This document shows positions 28,696 to 38,241 of a stretch of 64,000 bases of DNA, piece after piece. This DNA is from a virus (taxonomy: Duplodnaviria; Caudoviricetes). The DNA is taken from the IMG/VR virus record IMGVR_UViG_642791618_000001, positions 1 through 64,000 of that record, one strand, 5' to 3'. A program made the translations under genes and the position numbers. Below the pieces are notes generated by a model. The model worked only from the letters and a program-made list of their open reading frames with translations. It was not told where the DNA came from and searched no databases. Position 1 is the stretch's first letter. Each line of letters starts with the position of its first letter.

Positions 28696-30962
28696 TGCGC
28701 CCGCCGTCCACCGATCAACTTTCCGTCACGGGGGTACGACTTCACAACCTGAAGAGCGTTTCTGTCTCGATTCCACATTTTCGGCATACCGTCTGCACCG
28801 GTGTCTCGGGTTGCGGCAAGAGTTCCTTAGTTTTCGACTGCATTTACGCCCTGTGCGAATACGAGTTGCTGCAGTCGCTTTCCACATACGCTCGCGGCGC
28901 CATCCCACTGCCTGTCGTGCCGGACGTTGAGCACGCAAGCGGGTTGCTCCCACCGGTTGTAATCGATCAAGCGGACTTGGGACGAAACCCGCGGTCAACC
29001 ATCGGTACTTCTACGGAAGCCTACACGTTTCTACGGCTTCTTTTCGCCCGTGCCGCCGTGCCGGTGCTCGACGCCAGTGCGTTCTCCTTCAATTCTCCCG
29101 AAGGAGCGTGTCCGGCTTGCCGTGGGCTCGGCCAGATTTTGACGCCAGATCCGGAACGCCTTTTCGATCTCTCCAAATCGCTCGGCGAAGGCGCCATCCG
29201 ACACCGCGCGTGGAAGGTTGGAGGCCGGTACTGGAACATCATCAAAGCCACAGAGTTTTTTGAGATGGACGCTCCTCTCGGTCAGTGGCCCAAGGAAAAG
29301 CTCGATCACCTTATGCACGCGGCCCCGGCCGAAGTTGCCAACCGTGTGCCCGGATTCGTTCAACGGTTTACCTTTGAGGGGGTGGTTGAACGCCTCCGCG
29401 AGCGGCTCGCCGACGATCGCGGACTCGATTCGGCGGACTACGACGCGCAGTTCTTCACAACACAGTGGTGCGCGACCTGCGGGGGAACAAGGCTCCAGCA
29501 GAGGGCGCTGGCCTGCCGTCTGAATGGACTCAATATCGCCGATGCAGCGGGGCTTGCTGTTCCAGAACTGAAGAACTTCGTCCGCAGCCTGGAGATGAGC
29601 ACCCTCGCCACCGTCGTCGATTCGCTAAGTCGCATCCTGGAAAACCTGGAGATGGTGGAACTCAGTTACCTCACCTTGGATCGCCCTATTACCACCGTTT
29701 CCGGTGGCGAAATGCAGCGGATCAAGATTGCGCGGGAGCTGGGTTCCCGTTTGATGGGCATACTCTATATTCTCGATGAGCCTTCGAGGGGTCTTCACGC
29801 CAAGAACGTCGAGGCGGTGAATTCGATAATCACCAAACTCAAAGAGCGGGGGAATACGATCCTGAGTGTCGAGCACAACCGCGCGGTCGTGGAGTTGGCT
29901 GATAACATCGTCGAACTCGGTCCTGGCGCCGGCTCGCGGGGTGGCCAAATCACCGAGACGGGAACTCCAGCGGATTTCAAAAACAGCAGCGGGCCGACGG
30001 GCAGGCTCCTATCTGCGGCGAAGCAGCACATCTCACCGCCCCCGCCGAAAGCGTTTACTGAGTGGCACTTTTTTAGCGATTTGCGGCGCAATAACTTGAA
30101 GATTGAGAAACTCAAAATTCCGCGCGCGGCACTCACTTGCCTCGTGGGGGTTTCTGGCGCAGGAAAATCGTCACTCCTGGAGGAGATGCAGTTACGCGAT
30201 CCCGCTAGCGTGCGCGTGGCTCAGCGGCAGATCGGAGCGTCCGTGCGCTCGAACGTCTGCACCTATCTCAATTTTTTCGACGAAATTCGCAATCTGTTCG
30301 CCAAGAAAGCAAATGCGTCCGCAAGCCTTTTCGCGTTCAACAGTGACGGCGCTTGTCCCGAGTGCGGCGGACGCGGCAGCATCACTCTCGATCTCCACTT
30401 TCTGGGCAGCGCAATGGCACCCTGTCGCACCTGCAATGGAAAACGCTACCGGGCCGAAGTCCTTGGGTATACTTGGCAGGACCGCAACATCTCCGAAGTC
30501 TTGGAACTTCCTGTAGAGGAGGCCGCCACTTTTTTCCGGGAAGGGAAGAAAATCCGCAGCGCGCTGGAGTTGCTCTTGGGATGTGGCCTGGGCTATATCC
30601 GGCTTGGGCAGTCGCTGGACACCTTTTCCGGCGGCGAACTGCAAAGAGTGAAGTTGATTTATGGTCTGAACGATCCCACTGCTCTCTATCTGCTTGATGA
30701 GCCGTCGCGCGGGTTGCATCCGGACGACATCGAACGCATCGTCTCTTTGCTACGTACGCTCACTGCTCGCGGCAAGACCGTGGTTGCCTCGGAACACTCG
30801 TTGGATCTGGTTGCTCGCGCAGACTGGGTGGTGGAATTGGGACCCGGGGCAGCCAATGCCGGCGGGAAGGTGATCGCTGCTGGCACGGTTCGAGAGATCA
30901 TAAGAGCGACGACAAGCATCACCGCGCAATATCTTAAGTCCTATGTCAGACCTGGAACTTGA
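28695..30962 (+). CDS. Short UvrA paralogue (about 755 aa, DrrC/class II type)
   Basis: Two ABC modules (GVSGCGKSS and GVSGAGKSS; SGGEMQR and SGGELQR; LDEPSRGLH twice) with Zn-finger CxxC pairs. GTG start overlaps the previous TAG. Confidence 0.88.
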   Translation: MRPPSTDQLSVTGVRLHNLKSVSVSIPHFRHTVCTGVSGCGKSSLVFDCIYALCEYELLQSLSTYARGAIPLPVVPDVEHASGLLPPVVIDQADLGRNPRSTIGTSTEAYTFLRLLFARAAVPVLDASAFSFNSPEGACPACRGLGQILTPDPERLFDLSKSLGEGAIRHRAWKVGGRYWNIIKATEFFEMDAPLGQWPKEKLDHLMHAAPAEVANRVPGFVQRFTFEGVVERLRERLADDRGLDSADYDAQFFTTQWCATCGGTRLQQRALACRLNGLNIADAAGLAVPELKNFVRSLEMSTLATVVDSLSRILENLEMVELSYLTLDRPITTVSGGEMQRIKIARELGSRLMGILYILDEPSRGLHAKNVEAVNSIITKLKERGNTILSVEHNRAVVELADNIVELGPGAGSRGGQITETGTPADFKNSSGPTGRLLSAAKQHISPPPPKAFTEWHFFSDLRRNNLKIEKLKIPRAALTCLVGVSGAGKSSLLEEMQLRDPASVRVAQRQIGASVRSNVCTYLNFFDEIRNLFAKKANASASLFAFNSDGACPECGGRGSITLDLHFLGSAMAPCRTCNGKRYRAEVLGYTWQDRNISEVLELPVEEAATFFREGKKIRSALELLLGCGLGYIRLGQSLDTFSGGELQRVKLIYGLNDPTALYLLDEPSRGLHPDDIERIVSLLRTLTARGKTVVASEHSLDLVARADWVVELGPGAANAGGKVIAAGTVREIIRATTSITAQYLKSYVRPGT

Positions 30963-31755
30963 GGGCTCGCCGGCAGTGGCTCTGGCCGACTACGATTCGA
31001 TTGCGCGCGTGTACGATCTCTGGGCCTCTTGCGATCCAGCTTCCAAGCCGTGCTGGGATTTCTATCGCAGGGAAGTGACGCGTCATGGTGGAGTTTGCCT
31101 CGAAGTCGGCGTGGGAACCGGTGCTGTCATGCTTGGGGCGGGTCCTACCGTCGCTCACTATTACGGGATCGATCTTTCCCGCAGCATGCTCGCAGAACTG
31201 GAAACAAAACGGGCTAGCCTGCCTCCTCTCCCTTTCTCCTACACACTCATCCATGGCGACGTTCGACAAATCCGGCTGAGCGGCCCCCCGCCAACGCTAG
31301 CGATTGTTCCCTTTCGCACTGTGGGGCATTTTCTGACTGCAGACTCTAGGATAGCTCTGTTGCGCCACTTACGGGAAATCTGTGCGCCGGGAGCACGCTG
31401 CATCCTCGATCACTACAAGTTTAACCTGAAGTGGGCTCAGCAGCACGATCGCGTTACCCGATGGATGGGCGAGGGAACCATCAATGGCCAAACTTTCGTA
31501 CTCTCGGACACGTATGCTTATGATTTCGCGCGCCGCGAGATGGAATGTCTGCTCTGCGTGGAGGAGATCGCCAGGCATGGGACGGTGGTGAACAAGCGAT
31601 ACAGCGCGTTTCGTTTTTCGTGGCTCGAAGACGACGAAGTCTATCGCTACGCGGAAATAGCGGGGTGGCGGGTCGAGCAACGGTGGGGTGACTTTGAGTA
31701 TTCCGATTTCTCCGGCGACGCGAAAGACCAGGTCTGGCTCTTACGTGCGCCATGA
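30943..31755 (+). CDS. Class I SAM-dependent methyltransferase
   Basis: CLEVGVGTG, GIDLSRSML, GDVR. Confidence 0.88.
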   Translation: MSDLELEGSPAVALADYDSIARVYDLWASCDPASKPCWDFYRREVTRHGGVCLEVGVGTGAVMLGAGPTVAHYYGIDLSRSMLAELETKRASLPPLPFSYTLIHGDVRQIRLSGPPPTLAIVPFRTVGHFLTADSRIALLRHLREICAPGARCILDHYKFNLKWAQQHDRVTRWMGEGTINGQTFVLSDTYAYDFARREMECLLCVEEIARHGTVVNKRYSAFRFSWLEDDEVYRYAEIAGWRVEQRWGDFEYSDFSGDAKDQVWLLRAP

Positions 31756-32663
31756 GGCCGAACGATTGCTACTCGCTCGCCCGTACATCGGCCCGGAGTT
31801 CCACATTCCTGTCCCTGCTAGCGCATGCAACTGGCTTGCCTGGAGCAGCCGTTTGGACAGGATACCTGGCTTCGTTGAGTCTCGATCTGGATCTCCCTCG
31901 GCGCTGGCTTGCCTCCTGCGTGCCCTATCTCGATCTACTTTTACAGGCCATGGCCTACATGCCTTCCGGCGCGTCCGTTGGCGAGGTCGAGTCGGGGCAG
32001 ATCGATGATTTGGCCCGTGGCTTTTCGACCGGCGAACACCTCATTCTCGGTCCCTTGGACAGAAGTTCCTTGTGCGGACGACCGGCGCCTTTGCTATGGG
32101 AAGGCGCGCCAACTTTTGTGCAAATCATAGGGTGCGAAGAAAATACGGGCGCGATGATCCTTCGCCTACCGGGGACGCATTCGCTTTGCAGCTTGTCCGC
32201 AGAGGCATTGGTAGCGCCGCCGGGAATGCGGAGCGCGTGGTTTGCTGCCACCCCGCTTGGCCTACAGGCTTGCGAAGAGCACCTCCGACGCCTTCTGTCC
32301 TCCTGCCGTTTGGAGGTAGTTTGCCTTGCGGATCTGGCACGGTGGATGCGTGCGCTGTGCGAACGAATTGCCGGGTGTCCGCTAACCTCGACGGAAAGGC
32401 ATTGCCTTCGGGCTGCTCTTCGGGCTCTACAGGAGTGTCTGTGCGATGCTACTCTGTTTGCGCAGCGGCTCCAAAAGGTGGCGCAGTTTCTGCCGCCTGC
32501 CGAGCACGCATTCCTCATCGAACGGGCTGTATCAGCGATGCACCTGCTCGCACGCGCTCCGTCCGTCCTTGTAGGCTTCGACGTAAATCCAGCGTCCTGG
32601 CTGGAGGAGCTTGGGCGCGTGCTGGCGACGACGACGGTGGTGAGACTGGCACCCAAACAATAA
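31752..32663 (+). CDS. Hypothetical protein, probable degenerate BtrH-like/papain-fold paralogue of 38216-39151
   Basis: N-terminal NDCY and LILGPLDRSSL resemble YGCH and LVGPLDMGLL of the other gene. Confidence 0.45.
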   Translation: MRPNDCYSLARTSARSSTFLSLLAHATGLPGAAVWTGYLASLSLDLDLPRRWLASCVPYLDLLLQAMAYMPSGASVGEVESGQIDDLARGFSTGEHLILGPLDRSSLCGRPAPLLWEGAPTFVQIIGCEENTGAMILRLPGTHSLCSLSAEALVAPPGMRSAWFAATPLGLQACEEHLRRLLSSCRLEVVCLADLARWMRALCERIAGCPLTSTERHCLRAALRALQECLCDATLFAQRLQKVAQFLPPAEHAFLIERAVSAMHLLARAPSVLVGFDVNPASWLEELGRVLATTTVVRLAPKQ

Positions 32664-32664
32664 T

Positions 32665-33282
32665 ATGCCAATTTCCCATGCAAACGTCCTGTTCGGACTG
32701 GATTGCGCCAGCGCACCTGTGCGCGGTTCCGTTCCGGCCGAAAACCTGCTGTTGAAGCTCAATCCTGCGCTGCTTCCGGAAAGCGAACCTGCGGCCATAA
32801 TTATCGCTGCCGAGGCACCGATACTGTCCGATGCGACAATCTCCTACCAGACACTCGTGCATCTGCGGCAGCCCCGCGCTTCCTCACTTGTTTTTCTCAC
32901 GAGCGCCGGTGAAACGCTCGCGATGGCGCTCCTCGCTGCGAGCCTCACACTTGATGGTGCCGAAGCCGGTGCTTTTGTGCTGGCCTACATTCTTGAAAGC
33001 GTCTCCCCCGCTCCTGTCGGCGCGCGGGATTACGAGGCGTTCGCTTTCCTGATCCATCGGGTTCCCCCGCCGGACTGCGCCGTGTTGGTGGCGGAACTTA
33101 AGGAAGGCACGTCCAAGAGTTTCGCCCGTGAGGTTCTTTCCGCGGCGGCACTGCAGCGGATTGTCGAGCATGCCCGTGCGGCTCGGCCTCTCAGGCAAAC
33201 CACGCTGCTAATCGGTCGCGCTCCCGGGTTGGACGGGGAGCAAAAATGTCATTTGCTGCGCCTACATGAGAAAGAAATGTGA
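32665..33282 (+). CDS. Hypothetical protein, possibly a degenerate ketosynthase/thiolase-fold fragment
   Basis: Coupled ORF. SAGETLAMALL..SLTLDGAEAGA weakly recalls KS N-terminal-like proteins. Confidence 0.4.
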   Translation: MPISHANVLFGLDCASAPVRGSVPAENLLLKLNPALLPESEPAAIIIAAEAPILSDATISYQTLVHLRQPRASSLVFLTSAGETLAMALLAASLTLDGAEAGAFVLAYILESVSPAPVGARDYEAFAFLIHRVPPPDCAVLVAELKEGTSKSFAREVLSAAALQRIVEHARAARPLRQTTLLIGRAPGLDGEQKCHLLRLHEKEM

Positions 33283-34447
33283 AGCTTTCTGGCAACGATG
33301 GGCAGCCGAGCCGGGGAACTTGTCTGCCACGCTCGAAACGCCGAGGTATTTCTATTCGGGCGAACTGCTCACCCTCGCTTGGCACGCCCTGCACTCGAGT
33401 CTGCCCGCGGACGCGCAACTGCTGTACTCGCTGAAGGCCAACCCGCATCCGACGATCGTACGCTACTTTGCCGAGCACGGTGCGCTTTTCGATGTGGCCA
33501 GCCGTGGGGAAATGGAACTGCTCCTGGCGACCCAGGGCTCGCTGCAGCGGGCGGTATGGATCAGCCCGTGCAAAAGGGAAGCAGACTATCTCTGGGCGGT
33601 GCAACACGGCCTAGGCGCATCCGTGATCGATTCCAGAGAGGAAATAGGCACCGTGCGCCGGGTTGCGGCGACCCAGCCAGACACCATGCCCAGCTATCTG
33701 CTACGCGTTCAGCGACGCGCGGCTTCCGCGGGGACTTCCCTCTGGGCGGACTCGCAGTTCGGTGTCACTTTGGATGAGGCAATCGAGTTTACGCACACCC
33801 TGCGCCGGGACGGGATCCAGATCGCCGGGTTGCACGGCTATTTTGCCTCAAACCTTTTCGCCGAACAGGAGATTGCCCAAAATACCCAGGACTTGATGGC
33901 GCAGGCGCTCACCTGGCAGGCGTCTACTGGCACCTCGATGCGTGTCCTTGACGTCGGAGGAGGGTTTGGCTGGCCGCTTGGCGTTGAGGACGGCGAGCTT
34001 TCGTTACCGAGACTCCGGGACTGCCTAGCCCCCCTGGCCGCGGAGTTTTCCCCAGGCACTGCATTGTGGTTCGAATCGGGCCGTTTTCTCACCGCCGGCG
34101 CGGGTGTGCTCGTGCTCACCGTGATGAGCGTAAAAGAGCGCCCCGGCACGACCTCCGTCGTGCTAGACGGCGGAATGAATATCTTCGGCCTTCCCTCGAT
34201 GCGCCTGGGATTTCGTCCGCTGACGGTGATTCTTCTCGCGCGCGAGTGGGCTGGTCCCCTGCAGCCGCACACGCTTTTCGGCCCCTTGTGCACCCCGGGG
34301 GACAAATTTTGCGAGAAAGTGCTGCTGCCACCGCTTAAGGCCGGTGACCGCTTGGCTATTCTGCATGCGGGTGCTTACGGAGCCACGGCGGGGCGCTCTT
34401 CATTTCTCTCTTTCCCGGACGCGCACGAAACTGTACTTGCCGGTTGA
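33266..34447 (+). CDS. Fold-type III PLP decarboxylase (LysA/ODC/BtrK family)
   Basis: YSLKANPH, DVASRGE, DVGGGFG, FESGRFL, GPLCTPGD, AGAYG. Confidence 0.88.
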   Translation: MRKKCEAFWQRWAAEPGNLSATLETPRYFYSGELLTLAWHALHSSLPADAQLLYSLKANPHPTIVRYFAEHGALFDVASRGEMELLLATQGSLQRAVWISPCKREADYLWAVQHGLGASVIDSREEIGTVRRVAATQPDTMPSYLLRVQRRAASAGTSLWADSQFGVTLDEAIEFTHTLRRDGIQIAGLHGYFASNLFAEQEIAQNTQDLMAQALTWQASTGTSMRVLDVGGGFGWPLGVEDGELSLPRLRDCLAPLAAEFSPGTALWFESGRFLTAGAGVLVLTVMSVKERPGTTSVVLDGGMNIFGLPSMRLGFRPLTVILLAREWAGPLQPHTLFGPLCTPGDKFCEKVLLPPLKAGDRLAILHAGAYGATAGRSSFLSFPDAHETVLAG

Positions 34448-34456
34448 CCACATCCC

Positions 34457-34714
34457 ATGAACGAAGTCACCGAAATCGAAGAGTTGAAGCGGCTGCTTGC
34501 GCAACTTGCCCCAGGGAATCAACCCGCGATCCTCTCCCTTGCGCCCGAAGACAAGCTGCCGTTGGACTCGATGGGAATGGTTAGTTTTGCGGTCGCCTTA
34601 GAAGATTATTATGGGCTCAGATTCCGGCCCGATGTCCACGATCTCGTTTCAATTTTTTCCAACCTGCGGTCGCTTGACGAATTCATCGCTCGCGAACGCC
34701 AGGCCGCCACATGA
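34457..34714 (+). CDS. Acyl/aminoacyl carrier protein
   Basis: 85 aa, acidic, LPLDSMGMVSFAVALED phosphopantetheine Ser motif. Confidence 0.88.
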   Translation: MNEVTEIEELKRLLAQLAPGNQPAILSLAPEDKLPLDSMGMVSFAVALEDYYGLRFRPDVHDLVSIFSNLRSLDEFIARERQAAT

Positions 34715-35889
34715 GAGACACCAATCCTTTTCTCTCCGCGGTAATGCGGAAGGTGCGAAGCGGCCGTCCCCGGCTAGAGACCGCCGAACCTTTCTTCACG
34801 CGGGTCGAGCCGGTCCCCCGGGGAAACTACGTCGAGATTTGGTTCCTGACCTCGGGTTGCACTTGGGATGCCCGCGGCGGATGCACCATGTGCAATTATG
34901 GCGCCGGTCCTCAAAACATTGCGCCACTGTTCATGCAGCAAGCCGTGGAGCAGGCGCTCGCGGTGCTTCCAGTCGCTCCTGCCGAGCTCATGGTATCGCC
35001 GTCCGGTGGCATGCTGGATGACCGCGAAGTTCCGCCGAAAGCTCGCCAAGGAATTTACGCCGCGATGGCGAAGAGCACTGCCGATCTGCTGCTGATCGAG
35101 ACGCGCTCGGAGACGGCTACCGAGCGCCATCTCGACGAGTACCGCGCGACCTTTCCACACCGATCCCTAGCCATTGAGTTTGGGTTGGAATCGGCCTCTT
35201 CGTGGATCTCGACGTTCTGTGTGAATAAGGGCGCCGAGCCGGACCGCTTTGCCGCCGCCGCCGCCGCCGCACATCGGCGCGAGATCGGCGTCTATGCAAA
35301 CGTCTGTATCGGCACGGCCTTTCTCTCGGCGCGTGAGTCTGTTGAAGACGCGGTGCAGACCGCGCGGTGGGCCTTCGCGCACGGAGGCGAGCGGGTGGTC
35401 CTTTTCCCTCTGCACATCAAGCGATTCACACTTCTGGAGGTCTTGCACCATGCCGGCCTATATCCGCGCGTCTCTCTCTGGTCGCTGGTAGAATGCCTGC
35501 GCCGCTTGGGTTCGGAAAACAGTCACCGGGTCGAGATCGCGTGGTACAAATCGTACTACACGCAAAAATCGAAGATGACCTTCTCCCCTACGACCTGCGA
35601 CATCTGCCTGCCGACCGTCCTGACGCTCATGGACACCTATCGCCAAACGCAGGATTTCGCCGTTATCGAGAAGCTCGCAGCCTTTTCCTGCGCTTGCCAC
35701 GAGGAATGGAGAGCCGCCATCGAAGCGGAGCCTTCGTCGTCGCTGCCGGAACGCGTCCTGCGCTCGTACGAATTTCTAGACGATCACCTCGGCGTTGGTG
35801 CGCGTGATGAACTTGCGAGCGTTTCGCGTCGGCTTTTTGTAGAAGAACCCTTCACCTATGCTACTTGGAAGGCCCATGATCTCGCTTGA
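34711..35889 (+). CDS. Radical SAM enzyme, RaSEA/TIGR01210-like (copy 2)
   Basis: CX7CX2C motif GCTWDARGGCTMCNY; IEFGLES; LYPRVSLWSLVECL. Confidence 0.8.
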   Translation: MRDTNPFLSAVMRKVRSGRPRLETAEPFFTRVEPVPRGNYVEIWFLTSGCTWDARGGCTMCNYGAGPQNIAPLFMQQAVEQALAVLPVAPAELMVSPSGGMLDDREVPPKARQGIYAAMAKSTADLLLIETRSETATERHLDEYRATFPHRSLAIEFGLESASSWISTFCVNKGAEPDRFAAAAAAAHRREIGVYANVCIGTAFLSARESVEDAVQTARWAFAHGGERVVLFPLHIKRFTLLEVLHHAGLYPRVSLWSLVECLRRLGSENSHRVEIAWYKSYYTQKSKMTFSPTTCDICLPTVLTLMDTYRQTQDFAVIEKLAAFSCACHEEWRAAIEAEPSSSLPERVLRSYEFLDDHLGVGARDELASVSRRLFVEEPFTYATWKAHDLA

Positions 35890-36748
35890 AGTCGCGCAGA
35901 ATTTTCTCCGCCGGAACGTTCCTTCCGGCAGACCTATGCTTGTCTTCCTTTCCGGCGGAGTCGACTCCGATGTCGTGGCCCGTCTGGCTGTCGCCACCTT
36001 CGGCGCCGCGCGCGTCGTCGGCGCCACCTGCTTGCAAGCCGCGCAAGATCCCGCTCATCCAGAGAATGCCGCGCGGCTCGCCCGCACTTTGGGCATCGAA
36101 TACGCGCAATTGAACTTGGGGCAGATGCCAGCCGAACTCGCCGCCGAGCTGGCGCGGGCCTCTCCCCGATTCGACGATGGGGAAAACGGCTGGCTGATCG
36201 AGGCGAGAGCCAAGTGCGCTTTGCGAACCTCCATCGCCGCACTCTACCACGATCGGGGCTACTACATCTTAGGGTGTGGCAATCGCACAGAATTGCGCTT
36301 GGGGTTCTTCATGCCACTTGGGGACGGAATTTGCCACGCCGCCCCAATCCTGCACTTGTTCAAAACCGAGGTGTATGTCCTTGCCCAGGCATTGGGCACC
36401 GACTCCCAAGTGATCGAGCAACCGCCGTCTGCGGGTTTTTGGCCCGGTCAGTCGGACTTGGAGGATATCGCCTACTGGATGCTCCATGGTGGCCCCATCG
36501 TCCGGCCCGTGCATTTTTCGGAAGAAGATATCGCGGAGGTCGAACGGATGCGCCGCGTCCTGAGCTTTGCAGGGCTCGACGCGGCCCTTAAGGAATACGA
36601 GCGCGGCTCTGCTCCCGCCTTTGCGGCGTCCGTCTCAGGTCTGGAGCTCAAGATCGTGGAACGTGTTTACCGCGTCGCCGAGGCAGCGCGGGCGCTCAAG
36701 CTAATTCCCATGTGTGCGTCGCTTCTCTCGGAAGCTGCGCCGACATGA
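35876..36748 (+). CDS. NAD+ synthetase (NadE)-like ATP-dependent amidotransferase
   Basis: FLSGGVDS PP-loop, GNRTE, GDG, PILHLFKTEV, PPSAG. Canonical TKYGD reads MPLGD here. Confidence 0.82.
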   Translation: MISLEVAQNFLRRNVPSGRPMLVFLSGGVDSDVVARLAVATFGAARVVGATCLQAAQDPAHPENAARLARTLGIEYAQLNLGQMPAELAAELARASPRFDDGENGWLIEARAKCALRTSIAALYHDRGYYILGCGNRTELRLGFFMPLGDGICHAAPILHLFKTEVYVLAQALGTDSQVIEQPPSAGFWPGQSDLEDIAYWMLHGGPIVRPVHFSEEDIAEVERMRRVLSFAGLDAALKEYERGSAPAFAASVSGLELKIVERVYRVAEAARALKLIPMCASLLSEAAPT

Positions 36749-38241
36749 AGACGCTGGCGCTCCTTCTCCGAGCCGCGAGCGCTGACGCCGGATCCGCCGT
36801 AGCCCTGCTTTCGGACCGGCATCGGCTCTCTTATGCAGATACGTGGCGGCAAGTGGAGCAACTCGGTTGCGAGTTGCAGGCTGCGGGACTGACGCCTGGG
36901 AAGCGTGTAATCGCGATCACATCCCTGACCGTCGAGACTGTGCTCATGTTGGTCGCCATTTCGTGGACTGGCGCCATCATCATTCCGGCCGTCGCCTCGG
37001 GGCCTGGAGCCGATCTGAACGGCGTTAGGCAGTTCAGTCCTTGTCATTTGATCGGCACAGCCGAGCATCTCGAACCCTTCGATGTAGAGCTTTGTGCAGA
37101 ATTCAGGGTGGGTGAAAAGCGTTACTTCCTAGGCCGGTGGGAAGACGACCAAGATGGTGATGCACCGACCCGCGACGAAACCATCTTCCTCACCTCGGGC
37201 ACCACGGATGGCCCGCTGGGTGTGGTCTGTTCGCAAGCCCAAATCGCTTTCTGCCAAGCGGCAATCCAACAACGGCTCCGTTACGTTCCACAAGATCGCG
37301 TGTTGATCGGCGGCCCACTTTCATTCGATTACCACTACTATCAACTGCTGCTCGCCTTTGCCGCGCGCGCGACGTTAGTCGTCTGCGATCAGGTGCAAAA
37401 CCCCCTGGCAATGGCCGACCGAATTCTCCGGATGAAAGTCACCGTCCTGCCGTTGATCCCATACAGCTTCCGCCTGCTGCTAAAGTCGCGCATGCTGGAA
37501 AGGGGCGACTATTCCTGCGTGCGCCTGCTCTCTGCCACCGGAGAGGTGTGGCCCAAGCGCGAAATCGAACTCCTTGCGCAAGCGTTTCCCGCTGCCAGCG
37601 TATTTCCAATGTATGGGCTCACGGAGTGCAAGCGGGTCAGTATCCTCGATCAGCGGCTCAATCCGGAGTTACTCGGGGCGGTGGGCTTTCCGCTCACAGG
37701 GACACGAGTGCAGATTTTTGACCCCAACCACAGCGCATTGTCCACTGGCGACGTTGGCGAGATCGCCGTTGAAGGACCTCATTTGGCTGATGGGTACTTT
37801 CAGCGTCCCGAGGCCACATGCAGACGTTTTCATCAGCACCCGGATGGGAGACGCTTCCTGCTCACGGGCGACCAAGGCTACCTGGACGAGCGGGGCGCTC
37901 TTTGGTTCGTCGGGCGTGATACCCAACTGATCAAATACCGGGGCATTCGCACCTCCGCGGCGGCGATTGAAACCGCCTTCCTCCAGTGCCCGAATGTCCA
38001 GCGCGCCGTCGCGATGAATGTTCTCACGCGGTCCGGAGAAAAGGTCGCCGTGATGATCGAACTGGCCGATCAGAGCGCTGCCGGCGACACGAAGATCGCG
38101 GAGACTGTGCGAAGTCTGTGGCCCTTACACGGGCAGCCGGATTACTTTGAATTCGGCTTCATTCCTCTCCTTGCCAATGGCAAACCAGCCCGCGCCAAGG
38201 TTGCCACTTTACTCCATGAACGGTGCACCCGAATCGAATGA
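36745..38241 (+). CDS. AMP-binding adenylation enzyme (acyl-CoA/acyl-ACP ligase family)
   Basis: LTSGTTDGP, YGLTE, LTGDQG, GRDTQLIKYRG, PLLANGK. Confidence 0.88.
   Translation: MKTLALLLRAASADAGSAVALLSDRHRLSYADTWRQVEQLGCELQAAGLTPGKRVIAITSLTVETVLMLVAISWTGAIIIPAVASGPGADLNGVRQFSPCHLIGTAEHLEPFDVELCAEFRVGEKRYFLGRWEDDQDGDAPTRDETIFLTSGTTDGPLGVVCSQAQIAFCQAAIQQRLRYVPQDRVLIGGPLSFDYHYYQLLLAFAARATLVVCDQVQNPLAMADRILRMKVTVLPLIPYSFRLLLKSRMLERGDYSCVRLLSATGEVWPKREIELLAQAFPAASVFPMYGLTECKRVSILDQRLNPELLGAVGFPLTGTRVQIFDPNHSALSTGDVGEIAVEGPHLADGYFQRPEATCRRFHQHPDGRRFLLTGDQGYLDERGALWFVGRDTQLIKYRGIRTSAAAIETAFLQCPNVQRAVAMNVLTRSGEKVAVMIELADQSAAGDTKIAETVRSLWPLHGQPDYFEFGFIPLLANGKPARAKVATLLHERCTRIE

Noticed and set aside
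35251-35268. GCC repeat in radical SAM copy 2
   Set aside because: Simply encodes a short poly-Ala run.
26078-35889. Archaeosine or 7-deazaguanine modification pathway
   Set aside because: No tRNA-guanine transglycosylase/DpdA, ArcS, FolE or QueCDE genes in the window.
28695-36748. Housekeeping uvrA, cysK, lysA and nadE (i.e. host chromosome rather than cargo)
   Set aside because: All are divergent, overlap biosynthetic neighbours in one operon, and are flanked by phage genes on both sides.
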